Origin: an uncultured Nitrospiraceae bacterium
GTDB taxonomy: Bacteria > Nitrospirota > Thermodesulfovibrionia > Thermodesulfovibrionales > SM23-35
Assembly (NCBI GenBank): GCA_964639385.1
Contig: CAZXCW010000002.1
Span: 1 to 48,703, forward strand
DNA: 48,703 bases
Direction: 5' to 3'
This document shows positions 35,872 through 44,662 of the stretch, piece after piece; position 1 is the first letter of the stretch; the number at the start of each line of letters is the position of its first letter. The notes beneath the pieces are model-generated. The model ran no database searches. It was given only the letters and a program-made list of their open reading frames with translations, and was not told the DNA's origin. A program made the translations under genes and the position numbers.

Positions 35872-36909
35872 TCACCGTTTCTTCGGTATTTCAACTTCCA
35901 CAGTCATCCCGGGTTTTAATACACCACCCGTGCTGCCAAACTTTACCTTGACTCTGAAAGTCTTTATGTCCTGCCGTCCGCGTGTAACCTCTTTTTGCGT
36001 TGCAAACTCCCCATATCTACCTATCTCTGCAACCCATCCCTTAAAAATCCTTTTCGGTATGCCTTCCGGACTGATTAATGCCTCACTGTTGAGTGAAACG
36101 TTGTTGATCAAGGTCTCGTCAATGTCAACCCTTACATAAAGATCTTTCATATCCACGATCGTTAAAACCGTCATGCCGGGACTCACTGTCTCACCTTTCT
36201 CCAACGACTTTAATACAACAACCCCTGAAATGGGACTTGTTATTGTTGCATAATCCAACCTCGCAAGGTTATACGCCAAATTTGCTTCTGATTGTTTAAG
36301 ATCCGCCTCAGCAGATTTGAGTTGGTTCTCGGCAGTGTTTAATTGCGCTACGGCGGCATCCCTTTTTGAGTTTGCTGAGGCAAGCATTGACTTTGAAGAT
36401 TCATAGTCTGCTACAGAGGCATTGTATTGGGTAACTGCTACATCAACGGAATCCTTTGAAACAAAGTCCTGCCTGTAAAGTGTATTTGCCCTGTCCATCT
36501 CCTTTTTAGCAAGTTCCATCTGAACACGGGCTTTTTCCGTATTGGCGTGGGCAGTTTTTATATCAGCCTCGGAGCTTTTAATGTTTGCGCTGGCATTTTT
36601 TATTTCAGATTCTGAAACCCTGATACTGGCCTTTGCCTTCTTTATACCTGCTTTTGCCTGCTCAACTAAGGCCCTGAGATCGTGGCTTTCCAGTTTAAAG
36701 GCAACCTCGCCTTCTTTAACAGAATCACCCTCGTCACAGCACATATATGAAATATTACCCGATACCTGTGATGAAAGATTCACCTCGGTTCCTTCAATAA
36801 TGCCGGCTGTCTTGATAGTCTCGTTCTTTTTTCCCTTGCTGACATATATAAAAATCAAGACTGCAATGACTATCAGAACAGCAACTGCAATAAAAATTGT
36901 TTTTTTCAT
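35872..36909 (-). CDS. HlyD-family periplasmic adaptor (YbhG-like)
   Basis: An N-terminal TM and a very long coiled-coil (repeated A/K/E-rich heptads), followed by a beta-barrel. The length is 345 aa. Confidence 0.85.
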   Translation of the reverse strand: MKKTIFIAVAVLIVIAVLIFIYVSKGKKNETIKTAGIIEGTEVNLSSQVSGNISYMCCDEGDSVKEGEVAFKLESHDLRALVEQAKAGIKKAKASIRVSESEIKNASANIKSSEADIKTAHANTEKARVQMELAKKEMDRANTLYRQDFVSKDSVDVAVTQYNASVADYESSKSMLASANSKRDAAVAQLNTAENQLKSAEADLKQSEANLAYNLARLDYATITSPISGVVVLKSLEKGETVSPGMTVLTIVDMKDLYVRVDIDETLINNVSLNSEALISPEGIPKRIFKGWVAEIGRYGEFATQKEVTRGRQDIKTFRVKVKFGSTGGVLKPGMTVEVEIPKKR

Positions 36910-36912
36910 AAA

Positions 36913-39900
36913 TCAACCCTGCCTGTATTTGCGCTTGCTAAGCCAAGCGCTCACCTTTTCCTGGAAGGTCTCCATATAGACGAAAAAGACAGGGGTCACA
37001 TAGAGAGTGAGCACCTGCGAAACCAGCAACCCTCCCACCACGGCAAGACCAAGGGGCCGGCGTGATTCAGCTCCTGCCCCAAAACCGAGCGCTATAGGCA
37101 AAGTAGCCATTAGGGCGGACATGGTCGTCATCATGATAGGGCGGAACCTTATGACACATCCTTCGTAGATGGCATCAACGGCTTTTTTCCCTTCCTTCTT
37201 CTGAGCACTCAGGGCGAAATCGATCATCATAATGCCGTTCTTTTTCACAAGGCCCACAAGCATAATGACGCCGACAAAGGCGTATATGTTTAGATCCATG
37301 TGGAAAAGAAGCAGTGTCAAAAGGGCGCCGAAACCGGCTGCGGGAAGCCCTGAAAGAATAGTCAAGGGGTGAATGAAACTTTCGTAGAGGATCCCAAGGA
37401 CGATATAAATGACAAGGATCGCCATGATCAGGAGAAGTAAGAGGCCCTGAATGGAGGATTCGAACGCCTGGGCTGCGCCCTGAAAGCTCGTACTAATGGT
37501 TACCGGGAGCGTTGCACGGGCGAGCTTATTAATGGACGCCACCGCATCGCCAAGAGATACGCCCGGCTTGAGGTTAAAGGAAATGGTGACCGCAGGAAGC
37601 TGTCCCAGGTGGTTTATGGAAAGGGGACCGACATTCTGATCCAGTTTGGTTACGGTATTCAGGGGAACAAGTGTTCCGGAAGATGACCGTACATAAAGCA
37701 TGGATAGGGCAGAAGGGTCCCTCTGGTATTGGGGCTCAACTTCTGTTATCACCTGGTATTGATTAGTCGGTTTATAAATCGTCGATACCTGCAGCGATCC
37801 GTAGGATGCTCCGAGGGCAGTTTCTATTTGATCGGCTGTGATGCCCAGAGCAGAGGCCTTGTCGCGGTCAATCTCTACGTTCACCTGAGGGTTTTTAATC
37901 TGAAGGTCACTTGTAACATCCTGCAACTGAGGAAGTTCCCGCATCTTTGCCTCAAGCATGGTAGAATACTTGTAAAGCTCTCCTGTGTCAGGACTCTGGA
38001 GTGTAAACTGGTATTGGCTTTTCGTCAGCATACCTCCTATGCGAATGGGGGGAAGGTTCTGCATAAATATCTGAATACCGGTAACATTAGCTACCTTCTT
38101 ACGGAGTTCCTGAATGATCTCGTCTGCGCTCAGACGGCGCTCCGAACGGGATTTCAGGCGGATGAACATGCGTCCTGAATTGCTCGCAACGCTTATCCCG
38201 CTTGCGCCTATGGCTGACATGAAGGAATCAACATTCGGATCCTTGCTCACAATTGCAGCTAATTCCTGCTGGTGTTTCGCCATCGAGTCGAAGGAAATAC
38301 CCTGTTGGGCTTCAGTGAAAGCAAATATCTGTCCCGTGTCTTCGCTCGGCAGAAACCCTTTCGGAATGGCGCCGAAGAGATATATGGTGGCCACAAGGGT
38401 AAGACCGGTGATTACCATCGTGGTCCTCCTGTGCCGCAGTACGAGTTTAAGGCTCCACTCATAGGCTTGAAGCATACCGGTAAAAAAGCGCTCGGATGCC
38501 ATGTATAGACGGCCGCGCTTTTGAACACTCACTTGGCGAAGGAAACGGCTGCAGAGCATGGGGGTAAGGCTCAAAGATACAAACCCGGACACGAGGATCG
38601 CTACCCCGATGGTCACCGCAAATTCGTGGAGTAAACGGCCAAGGATTCCCCCCATAAAGAGCACCGGTATGAAGACGGCAACAAGAGAAAGGGTCATGGA
38701 GAGGATGGTAAAACTGATCTCCTTTGATCCGTTAAGGGCGGCCTGAAGCACACCCTCCCCTTTTTCTATGTGGCGCACAATGTTTTCGAGCATGACAATG
38801 GCGTCATCCACAACAAAGCCGACTGCAAGAATCAGGGCCATCAAAGAGAGGTTGTCCAGACTGAATCCCAGGAGATACATCACGGCAAAGGTAAAGATGA
38901 CGGATGCGGGAAGCGCAAGGCTCGGAATAACCGTGGCCGGGAGATTGCGCAGAAAAAGAAAGATGACCATGACAACGAGGAAGATCGCCAGAATGAGGGT
39001 GAATTTCACGTCGTTCACGGATGCACGGATCGACACAGAGCGATCATAGAGGATGTCAAGGTTCACCGAAGCGGGCATCTGCACACGGAATGTGGGAAGG
39101 AGCTTCTTTATGGCGTCCACAACCTCTACGGTATTGGTTCCAGGTTGACGCTGGATCGCAAGAACAATGGACCGGGTATTGTTATACCAGTTCGCCACCT
39201 TGTCATTTTCTACACTGTCGATGACCCTGCCCAGCTCTTCAAGGTGAACCGGTGAACCGTTGCGATAAGCCACAATCAGCGGTCGATAAGCCGCAGCGTC
39301 GTATAGCTGTCCTGTGGCCTGCACGGTGAATGCCTTGTCTTTTCCCCATAATGTTCCTGTCGGGAGGTTCACATTTGCCCTCCCTATCGCATCGACAACC
39401 TCATCTACACCTATTCCCCGGGATGCAAGGGCCTTCGGATCCAGTTGTGCCCGTACGGCAAATTTTTGAGAACCGTAAATCATAACCTGGGCCACTCCGC
39501 TCACCATTGAGATACGCTGGGCCATAAGGGTATCCGCATATTCATTCACTGCAGAAAGGGGGAGCGTCGGGGAGCTCAAAGCAAGGTATATCACGGGTTG
39601 ATCAGCAGGGTTGACCTTCTGGTAGGAGGGAGGAGTCGGCATATCGGACGGCAGCTGCTTGGCAGCCTTTGCGATCATCGCCTGGACATCTTGAGCTGCG
39701 CCGTCTATATTGCGACTCAGGTTAAATTGTAAAGTGATCTGCGTACTCCCCAGACCACTTGTCGAGGTCATGGAATCTAGGCCCGCAATGGTCGAGAATT
39801 GACGCTCAAGTGGGGTAGCCACGGCAGAAGCCATTGTATCGGGGCTTGCTCCAGGAAGGCTGGCGCTCACCAGGATCGTCGGAAAATCGACGTTCGGCAG

Positions 39901-40008
39901 GTCACTCACCGGCAAAAGCCGATACCCCATTACGCCGAAGAGGAGAATCGCAAGCATGACGAGTGTCGTCATAATAGGTCTGCGTATGAAAAGTTCAGAA
40001 ATGTTCAT
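36913..40008 (-). CDS. RND efflux pump inner-membrane subunit (AcrB/MdtB/HAE1 family)
   Basis: 1031 aa with the MNISELFIRRPIMTTLV N-terminus, a 12-TM architecture and two large periplasmic loops. Confidence 0.95.
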   Translation of the reverse strand: MNISELFIRRPIMTTLVMLAILLFGVMGYRLLPVSDLPNVDFPTILVSASLPGASPDTMASAVATPLERQFSTIAGLDSMTSTSGLGSTQITLQFNLSRNIDGAAQDVQAMIAKAAKQLPSDMPTPPSYQKVNPADQPVIYLALSSPTLPLSAVNEYADTLMAQRISMVSGVAQVMIYGSQKFAVRAQLDPKALASRGIGVDEVVDAIGRANVNLPTGTLWGKDKAFTVQATGQLYDAAAYRPLIVAYRNGSPVHLEELGRVIDSVENDKVANWYNNTRSIVLAIQRQPGTNTVEVVDAIKKLLPTFRVQMPASVNLDILYDRSVSIRASVNDVKFTLILAIFLVVMVIFLFLRNLPATVIPSLALPASVIFTFAVMYLLGFSLDNLSLMALILAVGFVVDDAIVMLENIVRHIEKGEGVLQAALNGSKEISFTILSMTLSLVAVFIPVLFMGGILGRLLHEFAVTIGVAILVSGFVSLSLTPMLCSRFLRQVSVQKRGRLYMASERFFTGMLQAYEWSLKLVLRHRRTTMVITGLTLVATIYLFGAIPKGFLPSEDTGQIFAFTEAQQGISFDSMAKHQQELAAIVSKDPNVDSFMSAIGASGISVASNSGRMFIRLKSRSERRLSADEIIQELRKKVANVTGIQIFMQNLPPIRIGGMLTKSQYQFTLQSPDTGELYKYSTMLEAKMRELPQLQDVTSDLQIKNPQVNVEIDRDKASALGITADQIETALGASYGSLQVSTIYKPTNQYQVITEVEPQYQRDPSALSMLYVRSSSGTLVPLNTVTKLDQNVGPLSINHLGQLPAVTISFNLKPGVSLGDAVASINKLARATLPVTISTSFQGAAQAFESSIQGLLLLLIMAILVIYIVLGILYESFIHPLTILSGLPAAGFGALLTLLLFHMDLNIYAFVGVIMLVGLVKKNGIMMIDFALSAQKKEGKKAVDAIYEGCVIRFRPIMMTTMSALMATLPIALGFGAGAESRRPLGLAVVGGLLVSQVLTLYVTPVFFVYMETFQEKVSAWLSKRKYRQG

Positions 40009-41156
40009 TATTTATTGTTTTCAGTTGAGGTCTTTATTTCCACCTTCACACCAGGAACAAGCCGGAGTTGACCGTCGGTAACCACCTTTTCTCCCGGCTG
40101 AAGTCCCTTCTCGATCACGCTTTCCCCATCCAAGGATCTGGCAACAACCACCGGGCGGGATTCTACAGTGAGGTCGCTCTTTACGACAAAGACATACACT
40201 CCTGACTGCCCGGCCTGAACCGCTTGAGAAGGAATCACAATCGCATTAGGCTGCATTGTGAGAGTGAGGAGCACATCCACAAACTGACCTGGCCAGAGCC
40301 GCTTTCCTTTATTGGTGAAGGTTCCCTTGAGCTTGATTGTTCCTGTCGCCATATCTACAGCATTGTCTATGAAGGTGAGAACTCCTTGCTCGGGCATTAC
40401 ATCTTCTTTGGCTTTGGATATGAATGCCTCTACGTTCAGTTTCCTGGCTGGCATATATTTTTTGATATTATTCAAATATTGCTCAGGGACGGAAAAAGTT
40501 ACAAAAATAGGTTGGATCTGGTTTATGGTAACCATCGGATTGTCGGCATTCGCCTTAATCAGATTGCCCTGGTTGGATACGAGATTTCCCGTCCTTCCTG
40601 TAATCGGAGAATAAATAAAACAATATTTTAACTGAAGACGGGCATTTTCAACCATTGCCTTGTCAGCGTTTACTGTAGCCCCCAAAGCTTCAGCGTTGGT
40701 GCGAATCTGATCATACTGCTCCTGTGCCACATAACCTTTCTTGACAAGTTCTGCATAGCGGTTTACCTCCACACGGGCATTTTCCAGTTGTGCAGTGTCC
40801 TTTGCCAGGTTTGCCTCTGCCTGTTTCAGAGCAGCTTCATAGGGACGAGGGTCTATTGTAAAGAGGAGATCCCCTTTATTAACATCCTGACCTTCTTCAA
40901 AATGGATGCGGGTGAGTACCCCTTCTATCTGAGATTTAACCGATATCGTAGAATACGCCTCAACATTTCCGATCGCACGAATTTGTACGGGAACGGTTTT
41001 CTGGACCACTGCAACTGCTGTTACCGGTACCGGTGGCCTTAGGGGAGGTCCTGATTTTTTTGAACATGAAAAAAGAAAAACTGTCATGACAATTGAGACT
41101 ATGACACAGAAAACCAGTGCACTTCTCTCCGGTGTCACATATCTATTAATTGACAT
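40008..41156 (-). CDS. RND efflux periplasmic adaptor lipoprotein (AcrA/MexA-like)
   Basis: The lipobox LFSC follows a TM-like signal. The start is probably the ATG at 41156 (MSINRY..., with GGGAGAG upstream). The track start at 41207 adds 17 basic residues. Confidence 0.88.
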   Translation of the reverse strand: MSINRYVTPERSALVFCVIVSIVMTVFLFSCSKKSGPPLRPPVPVTAVAVVQKTVPVQIRAIGNVEAYSTISVKSQIEGVLTRIHFEEGQDVNKGDLLFTIDPRPYEAALKQAEANLAKDTAQLENARVEVNRYAELVKKGYVAQEQYDQIRTNAEALGATVNADKAMVENARLQLKYCFIYSPITGRTGNLVSNQGNLIKANADNPMVTINQIQPIFVTFSVPEQYLNNIKKYMPARKLNVEAFISKAKEDVMPEQGVLTFIDNAVDMATGTIKLKGTFTNKGKRLWPGQFVDVLLTLTMQPNAIVIPSQAVQAGQSGVYVFVVKSDLTVESRPVVVARSLDGESVIEKGLQPGEKVVTDGQLRLVPGVKVEIKTSTENNK

Positions 41157-41247
41157 TTGCTCTCCCATCTTTATTCTTAATTTCCTACGTTTGTTTCCAT
41201 CTCCCACAGTGTAGATGCATACCTATTTTCATTTACGCTGTCTATTA

Positions 41248-41823
41248 TCAACCCTTCTTCAACAATCCCTTTAGGATAAGGTCGCAGCATTCCTCGGGAG
41301 AAAAAAGGGCATCCGGTTCGATGACGAGGGAGGCGATGAATCCCCTCATCAGGGAGAATATGACCTTTGCTACCTCCTTAGTATTATATTTTCTGAACTT
41401 GCCCGATGTTATTCCCTTCCTAAGTATCCCTTCAATAATTTCCCTCTGCTGCCTGAAAAATTTTCTTTTTATATCGATTCCGAAACCGAACCCGTGATCC
41501 CTGCCCATGGCAAGGATTAGTTCCCTGTGTTCTCTGGCGTAATTGAGGCGTAACTTGAGAAAGATTTTTATGGCCTCAGCCGGGTCTCTGACGTCTTTCA
41601 AGGCTTCTCTCGTTTTACCCATAAGGTCATCCAGCCTATTTTTCATGAGGGTCAGATAAAGGTCATCTTTGCTCTTGAAATAGAGGTAGAGTCCTCCCAC
41701 GCTGATATGGGCCATTCTCGCGATCATCCTCATGCTTGTCCCCTTGTAGCCGTACTCGCAAAAGATCTTTATGGCTGCAGAAAGGATTCTTTTTCTTGAT
41801 CTTATCCCTGAACGTCTGTTCAT
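41248..41823 (-). CDS. TetR/AcrR-family transcriptional regulator
   Basis: The N-terminal HTH is ILSAAIKIFCEYGYKGTSMRMIARMAHISVGGLYLYFKSKDDL. It is 191 aa and heads the efflux array. Confidence 0.9.
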   Translation of the reverse strand: MNRRSGIRSRKRILSAAIKIFCEYGYKGTSMRMIARMAHISVGGLYLYFKSKDDLYLTLMKNRLDDLMGKTREALKDVRDPAEAIKIFLKLRLNYAREHRELILAMGRDHGFGFGIDIKRKFFRQQREIIEGILRKGITSGKFRKYNTKEVAKVIFSLMRGFIASLVIEPDALFSPEECCDLILKGLLKKG

Positions 41824-41824
41824 G

Positions 41825-41866
41825 TGAACTTATGTTCAGTATAAAATGACATAAATCTAATGTCAA
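41825..41866 (-). promoter_or_regulatory. Sigma-70-type promoter plus palindromic operator candidate for the tetR/efflux array
   Basis: The minus strand reads TTGACA (41866..41861), 17 nt, TATACT (43..38). The inverted repeat TGAAC-ATAA-GTTCA (41838..41825) follows, ending 1 nt before the tetR ATG. Confidence 0.6.
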
Positions 41867-41925
41867 CAAAAATCTTATTCCTCTGGTAATTCTCGGTAAA
41901 AACTACTTTACTTTTTTAAGGAGGT

Positions 41926-42282
41926 TTATTTGACTTTGAGGATTTTATTTTCCTCATCAAGGATGACTATCTTCGGCTTGAATCTTTTCATTTTCTTTTC
42001 TTCAATAAAGCCATAACAGAAGATTACAATTTTATCTCCAACAATACCCTTCCGCGCTGTAGGGCCATTAAGACAGATCTCGCCTGACTCTCTCTTTCCC
42101 GGTATCACATAAGTCTCGAATCTTTCTCCGTTGTTGAAATTGCTGATCATAACCTGTTCATGAGGTAATATCTCTGCTTTTTCCAGTATCTTTTCATCTA
42201 TAGTTATGCTACCCTCATACGAAAGGTTAGACTCTGTAACCGTTGCGATATGTATCTTTGCTCTAAGTATGCACCTTAACAT
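41926..42282 (-). CDS. panD: Aspartate 1-decarboxylase
   Basis: MLRCILRAKIHIATVTESNLSYEGSITID contains the G-S self-cleavage site, 118 aa. Confidence 0.93.
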   Translation of the reverse strand: MLRCILRAKIHIATVTESNLSYEGSITIDEKILEKAEILPHEQVMISNFNNGERFETYVIPGKRESGEICLNGPTARKGIVGDKIVIFCYGFIEEKKMKRFKPKIVILDEENKILKVK

Positions 42283-42540
42283 AACAAATCCTAAGTTTGA
42301 AATTTAAAAAGTAAACCTCAATAAAACTATTATGAAATTATTATAAAACAATTTCAAATATTTCAACCTGCCTATATATTCATGGGGAGATCAGTCTTGT
42401 TGGTCTTTGATATAAAACAGGTAAGGTGGTAAAATTGAAGGCAGAAGACTTAACATCAAGTTAGATCAAGGGTATAGAAAAGGCTTAGTAAAGAACCCCT
42501 ACTGATAGTCGGGGCATTCTGGAATACTTGCGTAAATAGA

Positions 42541-42576
42541 ATTTTAGAAGAGATGAATAAGGTACTGGCAGCATAA
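42541..42576 (+). repeat. Direct repeat 1 (36 nt) reading as a gene 3' end: ILEEMNKVLAA*
   Basis: 31 of 36 nt are identical to 44165..44200. Confidence 0.7.
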
Positions 42577-42619
42577 TAACAATTGTTATATTAATTTAAC
42601 CTTAGAGGTAAAATTTTAC

Positions 42620-42647
42620 TTGACAATTTTATTTTCTATGTATAAAT
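42620..42647 (+). promoter_or_regulatory. Sigma-70-type promoter upstream of higB
   Basis: TTGACA (42620..42625) is followed after 15-16 nt by TGTATAAAT, an extended -10-like element. GAGGA lies 7 nt before the TTG start of higB. Confidence 0.5.
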
Positions 42648-42671
42648 TAATAATAGAATGAGGACAATAAT

Positions 42672-42983
42672 TTGCAGGTTGAGTTCAAAAATAAAAATCT
42701 CAATCAGCTATACAATGAAGGCCAGAACAAAAAATACAACCTCCCACAGGAAATACTCAAAAAGTTTTTTATGAGGATACAGCAATTAGAGGCTGCTGTA
42801 ACTATATATGATTTATGGAAATCCGCTTCACTAAAGTTTGAGAGATTGAAAGATTTTTCTAATAGGTACTCATTGCGATTGGATAAAAAATGGAGGCTGG
42901 AAATAGAGATACAGTGGGAAGATAAAGAAAAGACTAAAGGCACTGTCTATGTTATTGAACTTTCAAAACATTATGGAGATTAA
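42672..42983 (+). CDS. higB: HigB-type (RelE/ParE superfamily) toxin, 'plasmid maintenance system killer'
   Basis: TTG start with a GAGGA RBS. The pattern F.NK.L..LY..G...KY.LP.......I..L.AA....DL......K.ERLK......YSLRLDKKWRL matches HigB-like toxins. The length is 103 aa. Confidence 0.8.
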   Translation: MQVEFKNKNLNQLYNEGQNKKYNLPQEILKKFFMRIQQLEAAVTIYDLWKSASLKFERLKDFSNRYSLRLDKKWRLEIEIQWEDKEKTKGTVYVIELSKHYGD

Positions 42984-42985
42984 GT

Positions 42986-44116
42986 ATGGTTAGTAAAAAT
43001 ATACCTTTTTTAAATATCGGGCCAGGTGAATTCATTAAAGAAGAATTAGAAGTTCGCAATTGGAGACAGGAAGATCTGGCTGACATACTGGGAATCTCCC
43101 TGAAATCCGTAAACAAGCTTATTATGAATAAGCAAGCTATAACAATAGAAACAGCAAAACTATTAAGCAAAGCATTTGGCCAATCTCCTCAATATTGGGT
43201 TAACCTAGATACAAATTATAGACTTAGATTACAAAAAGAAGATTCAAAAGAGAAAAATGTAGAAATTAAGGCGAATATATACAAATACATGCCTATTAAA
43301 GAAATGATTAAGAAAGGATGGTTAAAACCATTTGAAGTAATCGATGATTTAGTTACTGAAGCAAAACGGTTCTGGGATATTCAGGCATTAAATTTTTCCT
43401 TCATAGATAAAGTTGCTTCATTGAATTTCAGAAAGTCAGAGTCTTTTACACAATACAACAAATACTATGCATTTACATGGTTTCAAATGGCTAAAAGGTG
43501 TGCAAAGATTTATCATGCAGATAAATATGATAAGGATGCACTGCAGTCCGTAGCTAACAATCTTTACAGATATACGACTATAGAAAATGGAGTTGAAGCA
43601 TTTCTTAATGACCTAAACAAAGCAGGTGTAAAATTTTTTATTTTAAGTCATCTTCAAAAGACCTATATAGATGGAGCTTCATTTTTTGACAATTCAAATC
43701 CGGTTATTGTTTATACAGCCCGATATGACAGAATTGACAATTTCTGGTTTACACTTGCCCACGAGATAGGCCACATCATATTACATCTTAAAAAGACAGG
43801 TGATTTTTTTATAGATAATCTGGATGCTTTGTATACAGAAAAAGAAAAGGCAGCGAATAGATTTGCAGAAAAAATACTAAAGGCACAAAATATTATCAAA
43901 TATTTTGAACCGTATAGAAAATATATATCGAAAGATAGGGTTTTATCTTGTGCTCAGAGATTAAACATCAGTCCGGCTGCTATTGTCGGTATATTACAAC
44001 ACCGCGATATCCTTTCCCGAAGAAATCTAAACAGCTTTAAAACCTCCATCTTAAATCTTATACCCGAAAAATATCTGGCAGAAAAATATATTCATAAGAT
44101 ACACAAAGCTGCCTGA
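42986..44116 (+). CDS. HigA-type XRE HTH antitoxin fused to an ImmA/IrrE (COG2856, M78) zinc metallopeptidase domain
   Basis: The N-terminus PGEFIKEELEVRNWRQEDLADILGISLKSVNKLIMNKQAITIETAKLLSKAFGQSPQYWVNLDTNYRL is a HigA/VapI-like HTH. The C-terminal half contains FTLAHEIGHIILH (HExxH). The length is 376 aa, and the ATG has GGAGA 6 nt upstream. Confidence 0.8.
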   Translation: MVSKNIPFLNIGPGEFIKEELEVRNWRQEDLADILGISLKSVNKLIMNKQAITIETAKLLSKAFGQSPQYWVNLDTNYRLRLQKEDSKEKNVEIKANIYKYMPIKEMIKKGWLKPFEVIDDLVTEAKRFWDIQALNFSFIDKVASLNFRKSESFTQYNKYYAFTWFQMAKRCAKIYHADKYDKDALQSVANNLYRYTTIENGVEAFLNDLNKAGVKFFILSHLQKTYIDGASFFDNSNPVIVYTARYDRIDNFWFTLAHEIGHIILHLKKTGDFFIDNLDALYTEKEKAANRFAEKILKAQNIIKYFEPYRKYISKDRVLSCAQRLNISPAAIVGILQHRDILSRRNLNSFKTSILNLIPEKYLAEKYIHKIHKAA

Positions 44117-44164
44117 AGCAAAGATTCATCAGAGATATCAGATGTTCAGGAAAAAAAGGGTAGG

Positions 44165-44200
44165 ATTTTGGAAGAGTTGAATGAGGTACTGGCAGCGTGA
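44165..44200 (+). repeat. Direct repeat 2 (36 nt) reading as a gene 3' end: ILEELNEVLAA*, with its stop overlapping the next ORF's GTG (GTGA)
   Basis: See 42541..42576. Three of the five differences are silent, including TAA versus TGA. Confidence 0.7.
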
Positions 44201-44634
44201 ATGATTTCATAAAATTTAGAGAGGCTATAAAACCTTATATTGACGGATGGAAATCTGTTGAGATTCGGTCAGTTTGTTTTTCCGCCCATGAAAGATGGAT
44301 TAATCTCGGAACACGGATAATTTTATCTGAAAAAACAAAGGAAATTATCTCTATAAATTCACTTCCTGAATTCCCGAGATTTAAAACTTTCTATGAAGTT
44401 CACGATATCAGCAAACTGGATGGTCTTTTGACACAACTTGAGAAAGGAAGTATTACCGTAAATAGCAAGGATATCTTTTTCAAATTTAGAATAGAAAACG
44501 ATGGTTTTAAAGTCGACGTGCCTGTTTTTAACTTTTATAGAAATTATAGATACGAGCGCAATTTCTCTTATGAATTTAGTTTCCCAAGTATTACCTTAAG
44601 GGCTGGCGAATCGTTACACCAACCTACTATATAA
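44197..44634 (+). CDS. Hypothetical protein (145 aa), no recognisable motif; possibly the N-terminal part of a frameshifted longer gene
   Basis: GTG start with GAGGT 9 nt upstream. The frame of the next ORF is already open from 44600, so the two overlap by 35 nt. Confidence 0.5.
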   Translation: MNDFIKFREAIKPYIDGWKSVEIRSVCFSAHERWINLGTRIILSEKTKEIISINSLPEFPRFKTFYEVHDISKLDGLLTQLEKGSITVNSKDIFFKFRIENDGFKVDVPVFNFYRNYRYERNFSYEFSFPSITLRAGESLHQPTI

Positions 44635-44662
44635 TCATCCAGAAGCTTTAAGGCAAGAATAT

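Noticed and set aside
37729-39255. Several 60-160-aa plus-strand ORFs inside the RND pump gene
   Set aside because: They are antisense shadows of a 1031-aa gene with unambiguous AcrB-family features.
44114-44200. Stop-codon read-through extending the HigA-ImmA protein by 27 codons into direct repeat 2 (same frame)
   Set aside because: There is a one-in-three chance of a shared frame. I saw no read-through or SECIS-like context after the TGA at 44114, and the extension has no evident function.
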